Shown here: positions 56,430 to 60,033 of the stretch, piece after piece
Position numbering within the stretch: position 1 is the first letter of the stretch
Layout of the letters: each line of letters opens with the position of its first letter
Assembly (NCBI GenBank): GCA_002495185.1
Contig: DAEB01000027.1
Span: 22,373-82,405, forward strand
Reading direction: 5' to 3'
Source of the DNA: Thermoplasmata archaeon UBA184
GTDB taxonomy: Archaea; Thermoplasmatota; Thermoplasmata; Lutacidiplasmatales; UBA184
DNA: 60,033 bases
The notes under the pieces: model-generated
Seen by the model: only the letters and a program-made list of their open reading frames with translations
Database searches by the model: none
What the model was told of the DNA's origin: nothing
Program-made: the position numbers and the translations under genes

Positions 56430-57389
56430 CTATTCTGGGACCGCGCGCGAGGCGCTCGCCGCGCGACCGGGGCCGTGATGCCACAGGGCCGGGAACCGCG
56501 CGGGGTCGACGAAGACCCGAGTCTCGTCCACCACCCACCCGTGCTTCACGTGGCCGACCTCGTCCGAGCCGCGGAGCGCGACCCCGGTCGCGATGAGCTC
56601 GCCGTTGCGGTGCACGAGCGCGACCCGCGCGCCGGTCGCGAACGGCTTCGGGAGCGCGAGGATCCCCCCGCTCGCGAGACCCGCGCCGTGGGCGAGCGCG
56701 CTCGCGGCGGCGTCCTTCACGACGATCGCGGGGAACTCCCGCCAGACCTCCTCGATCGGGTGGAGGAGGGCGAGCATCGGGGCCGGGTCGCCCGCGGCCC
56801 GCGCGGCCGCCGCGTCGGCGAGGACCGTGAGCGGGACCGCCGCCGATTCACGGAACGGACCGTTCGCGACGCGCCGGAGCTCCTCCATGTGCGCCCCGAG
56901 CCCGAGCGCTTCCCCGAGGTCGACGGCGAGGGTTCGCACGTACGTTCCCGAGTCCGCCGTGATGTCGAGGAGGAGCCGAGGCCCCTCGGACTCGACGAGC
57001 GTGAGCCGATGGATGGTGCGGATGCGGCGCTCCCGCTTCACCGCCGACCGGACGGGAGGCGTCTGGTAGACCGGCCCGGTGAACTCCGCGAGCACCCGCT
57101 TCACCTCGCGGAGGGGAACGGGCCCGTGGAGAACGACGGAGGCGACGTACCGCTTCGGGAACTCGAGGACGAGGGGAAGGAGCTTCAGCGCCGGACCGAC
57201 CCCGACCCAGAGGAGCCCCGAGACGTTCGGGTCGAGGGTCCCGGCGTGGCCGGCGACCGGGACACCGAGAAGGTCCCGCGCCCAGGCCGTCACCTGATGC
57301 GAGGAGGGGCCGCGCGGCTTGTCGATGAGGAGGAACGCCCCTTCGGCGAACCGCTCGTCGACCGCGTCCGTCCCGCTCGTCCCGCTCAT
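56430..57389 (-). CDS. cbf5: H/ACA RNP pseudouridine synthase Cbf5 (TruB family) with PUA domain
   Basis: LLIDKPRGPSSHQV, GHAGTLDPNVSGLL (catalytic Asp), GTYVRTL. The C-terminal region is PUA-like. Confidence 0.9.
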   Translation of the reverse strand: MSGTSGTDAVDERFAEGAFLLIDKPRGPSSHQVTAWARDLLGVPVAGHAGTLDPNVSGLLWVGVGPALKLLPLVLEFPKRYVASVVLHGPVPLREVKRVLAEFTGPVYQTPPVRSAVKRERRIRTIHRLTLVESEGPRLLLDITADSGTYVRTLAVDLGEALGLGAHMEELRRVANGPFRESAAVPLTVLADAAAARAAGDPAPMLALLHPIEEVWREFPAIVVKDAAASALAHGAGLASGGILALPKPFATGARVALVHRNGELIATGVALRGSDEVGHVKHGWVVDETRVFVDPARFPALWHHGPGRAASASRAVPE

Positions 57390-57934
57390 CGCGTCGCCGC
57401 CGCTTCGCGCTCCCGGACGAACGAGAGGATCCGTTCCGCGACCGCGGCCGGGGGAAGGTCGCTCGAGTCGACCGTCAACCCCGGTGTCTCGCGGTCGAGG
57501 TCGATACTGTAGTAGCGCAGGTAACGGTCCCGCTCGCTCGCTTCGCGCTCGCGGACGAGCCGACGCGCCTCGTCGACCGCCTCCTTGTCCCGTTCGGCGA
57601 CGCGGCGGACTCGAACGTCCTCGCGCGCCGTCACGACGATATCGTAGACCGGGACTCCGGCGCGCCGGCAGAGCGCTCCCTGGATCCGGCCGTCCAGAAG
57701 GCGGCCCGGGGTGGCGAGCGCCTGCATCGTCCGGTCGAGTTCCCGGTCGACCTCGGGATGCGTCGCGGCGTAGCGCCCGAAGGTCGCGAGGTCCATGTCG
57801 CGCCGCCGCGCTTCCGCCCGAAAGAGGTCCCCGGCGGAGCGGAACTCGAGGCCGAGCGACGTCGCGACCAGGCGCCCCGCCGTGGACTTCCCGCTGCCCG
57901 GAGGGCCGCCGACCGTGACGACCGCGTGGATCAC
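57386..57934 (-). CDS. cmk: Cytidylate kinase, archaeal type
   Basis: VIHAVVTVGGPPGSGKST (P-loop), with a REREASERDRYLRYYSIDL tail. The GTG start overlaps the upstream stop as GTGA. The upstream 143 codons of the ORF are shadow. Confidence 0.85.
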   Translation of the reverse strand: MIHAVVTVGGPPGSGKSTAGRLVATSLGLEFRSAGDLFRAEARRRDMDLATFGRYAATHPEVDRELDRTMQALATPGRLLDGRIQGALCRRAGVPVYDIVVTAREDVRVRRVAERDKEAVDEARRLVREREASERDRYLRYYSIDLDRETPGLTVDSSDLPPAAVAERILSFVREREAAATR

Positions 57935-58818
57935 GCGGGCCCCCCGGCCCCTTCCGTGGCCGGGAGAGGCATCGACGTCGAGCGATTCCTCGCCTCGAAC
58001 CGTCGGAGCCAGAGGTGCTTCAGGAACCGGCGGAACACGAGCGACGGAGGGACCGTGTAGAGCGAGAAGATGAGGAACCACCACGGGATGCCGAACGCGA
58101 CCGCGTGCGCAAGGTTGATCGTGCTGCCGGTGCCGAGCGCGACCGTCTGGTTGACCGCGTTCGCGTTGCCGATGACGAGCCCGATCCAGCTGTAGAGCAG
58201 GATGAGCAGGAAGTAGGTGATCGCCATCCCCTTGAACTGGGCGATCGACACCTCGGCGGAGAGCTTCGTCAGGCGTTCCTGGTACGGCTTCAGCGCGGCG
58301 ATCCGGTTCTTCTTCCCGGAGCGGATCGCCTCCATCTGGACCTTGCGGAACGCCGAGCTCCACTTCTGGACCTTGGCGGCCTTGATCCAGTCGGTCGTGT
58401 AGTTGTACGCGAGCGACGTGACCAGCATCTCGATCGCGCCCGCGAGCGCCATCGTGAGCAGGAGGTACTCCGAGTGGAACCCGATGAGCGAGTAGAGGGG
58501 GCCCGGGTTGGAGTCGCTGGTCCCGAGGAGTCCGGCGATCGAGTTTCGGAAGCTCGTGTCGAACAGCATCCAGATCCCAAGGAACCCGAGGAAGAAGTAG
58601 AGGAACGTCGAGAGCTTGAACGTCGGAGGCGGCGGGCGCGCCGGTTTCGCGGCGGTCGGTGCGGGTTTCTCGGCGGAGGCCGTCTCCTCTTCCGGCGCGT
58701 CGGACTCCTCCTCTTCCTCCGAGGGTTCCTCGTCGGTCGACTCCTCGTCCTCCTCTTCGTCGACGGGAGGCTCCTCGGGGGAGGAGGTCGACGGGAGGGG
58801 CTTCGACCTCCCGCTCAT
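57931..58818 (-). CDS. DUF106/EMC3-like membrane protein (archaeal YidC/Oxa1-superfamily insertase candidate) with acidic N-terminal extension
   Basis: Sits in the conserved secY-(adk)-DUF106-cmk position. 3-4 TM helices with a cytosolic coiled coil (KVQKWSSAFRKVQMEAIRSGKKNRIAALKPYQERLTKL). N-tail PPVDEEEDEESTDEEPSEEEEESDAPEEE. Confidence 0.75.
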   Translation of the reverse strand: MSGRSKPLPSTSSPEEPPVDEEEDEESTDEEPSEEEEESDAPEEETASAEKPAPTAAKPARPPPPTFKLSTFLYFFLGFLGIWMLFDTSFRNSIAGLLGTSDSNPGPLYSLIGFHSEYLLLTMALAGAIEMLVTSLAYNYTTDWIKAAKVQKWSSAFRKVQMEAIRSGKKNRIAALKPYQERLTKLSAEVSIAQFKGMAITYFLLILLYSWIGLVIGNANAVNQTVALGTGSTINLAHAVAFGIPWWFLIFSLYTVPPSLVFRRFLKHLWLRRFEARNRSTSMPLPATEGAGGPA

Positions 58819-60033
58819 CAGCTCTCGCCTCCGAGGAAGCGACGGAGGAGCGGGTTCATCTCCATCAGCTGCTCGCGCCCCATGGCTTCGTAGAGGTTGA
58901 TGATGATGCCGACCGTCAGCAGCACGCCGGTCCCCGAGGCGTTCCCGAGGGTTCCGATGAGGTCCGCGCCGGCGGCGAGCGACCCGACCGCGGCCCCCGA
59001 GATGACGGTGATGACCGGGATGTACCGTTCGAGCACGCGACGCAGGACCCGCGGCTCTCTACGGAACCCGGGGATCTGCATGCCGGACGCCTCGATCTGC
59101 CGGGCGACGGCTTCGGGACCCATGTTCGTCGTCTGGATCCAGAACTTCGCGAACAGGATCGAGCCTCCGACCATCGCCCCGAAGTAGACGGCCACGTGGA
59201 CGAGCCCCTGCCACCACGTGTGGTAGACGAGGAATCCCCCGTACTGCTGGTAGTTCAGCATCGGAAGCAACCACGCCTCCAGGCCGTTCACCGTGGAGAG
59301 ATAGTACGCGCCGCCGCTGATCGGGGTCGTGGCGCTCACCCCGAGCGTGGACTGTTGCGTCGCCGTCGGGTACCCCCCGACCCACCATTGATGGCCGAGC
59401 AGCGGGAAGTGGACGAGCGACGGGTTCGTCCAGAGCAGGATCGAGACCATCGAGACGTTGGCGAGCAGCGCCGACATCAGGATGACCGGGATGTTCGACG
59501 CGTAGATCAGCCGCAGCGGGTAGCGGCCGCGGGCGCCCCGAGCCTCGGCGTGCGACAGCGGAAGCTCGATGCGCGTCGACTCGGTCCACGCGACCAGGAA
59601 GAAGATCGCCGCGGTCCCGACCAGCGCGACGATCGGGTTCGGCTGCCGGAGCAGGATCTGCTCCCAGCCGCCCGACGCCATCTGGGACGCCGTGAAATGC
59701 GACAGGAACCAGAGGGTCTTCGGGATCGTCCCGCTCGGAGGGTTCGTCTGCGAGATCGGGAGCGCCGGGTTCTGGGGGACCCAGTTGAGCGTTCCCTGCA
59801 CGATCTGCTGCGAGACCCCGGCGGCGATGAAGAGCGAGATCCCGCTCCCGATCCCCCACTTCGAGACGACCTCGTCCATCAGGAACACGAGGTAGCTTCC
59901 GAAGACGAGCTGGGCGATGATCACGCTGTTCGCGAGGAGGGCGCCGTTCCCGGGCGAGACGGTGCCGAGGCTCGCTACGAGCGAGCCCGAGGGGGAGAGG
60001 TAGCCGTAGACCTGCGGGATCGCCTCGATGAAG
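58818..60033 (-). CDS. secY: Preprotein translocase subunit SecY (N-terminus beyond the window edge)
   Basis: LVFLMDEVVSKWGIGSGISLFIAAGV, RYPLRLIYASNIPVIL, IPGFRREPRVLRRVLERYIPVITVISGAAVG. The frame stays open upstream of the first Met to the window end. ATGA overlap with the DUF106 gene. Confidence 0.9.
   Translation of the reverse strand, partial: FIEAIPQVYGYLSPSGSLVASLGTVSPGNGALLANSVIIAQLVFGSYLVFLMDEVVSKWGIGSGISLFIAAGVSQQIVQGTLNWVPQNPALPISQTNPPSGTIPKTLWFLSHFTASQMASGGWEQILLRQPNPIVALVGTAAIFFLVAWTESTRIELPLSHAEARGARGRYPLRLIYASNIPVILMSALLANVSMVSILLWTNPSLVHFPLLGHQWWVGGYPTATQQSTLGVSATTPISGGAYYLSTVNGLEAWLLPMLNYQQYGGFLVYHTWWQGLVHVAVYFGAMVGGSILFAKFWIQTTNMGPEAVARQIEASGMQIPGFRREPRVLRRVLERYIPVITVISGAAVGSLAAGADLIGTLGNASGTGVLLTVGIIINLYEAMGREQLMEMNPLLRRFLGGES

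Overview
This is a very GC-rich (roughly two-thirds G+C by eye), densely coding archaeal chromosome segment. The archaeal call rests on TFB, SRP54, aIF2-gamma, eS6, uS2, PCNA, Cbf5, Pth2, PurP, archaeal phosphopantothenate synthetase, a DUF106/YidC-like insertase and SecY. Finer lineage cannot be set without a database search.

Most of the window is housekeeping:
- An Opp/Dpp-type ABC permease cluster with a tandem OppB duplication.
- pheS-pheT.
- A methylmalonyl-CoA pathway split over two loci: mutase large subunit, epimerase and enolase at 14.6-17.9 kb, and the B12 subunit with meaB at 43.9-45.3 kb.
- tfb, purP, nadB, prs, an aIF2g-S6e-Trm112 operon, a glycosyltransferase/epimerase trio, PCNA, thiolase, cysS, bcp, and secY-DUF106-cmk-cbf5.

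Many genes have TATA-like boxes 23-35 nt upstream of ATG or GTG starts, which suggests leaderless or short-leader transcripts. Operon partners often overlap as ATGA or GTGA. I saw no CRISPR array, transposase, integrase, rRNA or obvious defence island.

The items most worth a second look:
1. A tRNA-Ser(GGA) that only folds if a 33-nt intron is removed from the T-loop (position 59/60). A relaxed bulge-helix-bulge motif predicts the same junctions.
2. A 455-aa protein built from two tandem Cas4-like PD-(D/E)XK modules, each ending in a 4-Cys motif. Only the first module keeps the D...ExK catalytic signature.
3. A roughly 1490-aa membrane-anchored surface protein with about 12 Kelch blades and 6 Cys-pair Ig/PKD-like repeats, followed by an ABC-2 exporter pair and a double zinc-ribbon miniprotein.
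4. A TrmB-V4R regulator, then a perfect 12-bp inverted repeat with tandem 9-mers, then tfb, then an orphan Cas4-like nuclease.
5. A tight three-gene cassette of a small protein, a wHTH protein and a GNAT.

All functional calls come from motif recognition by eye. No searches were run.
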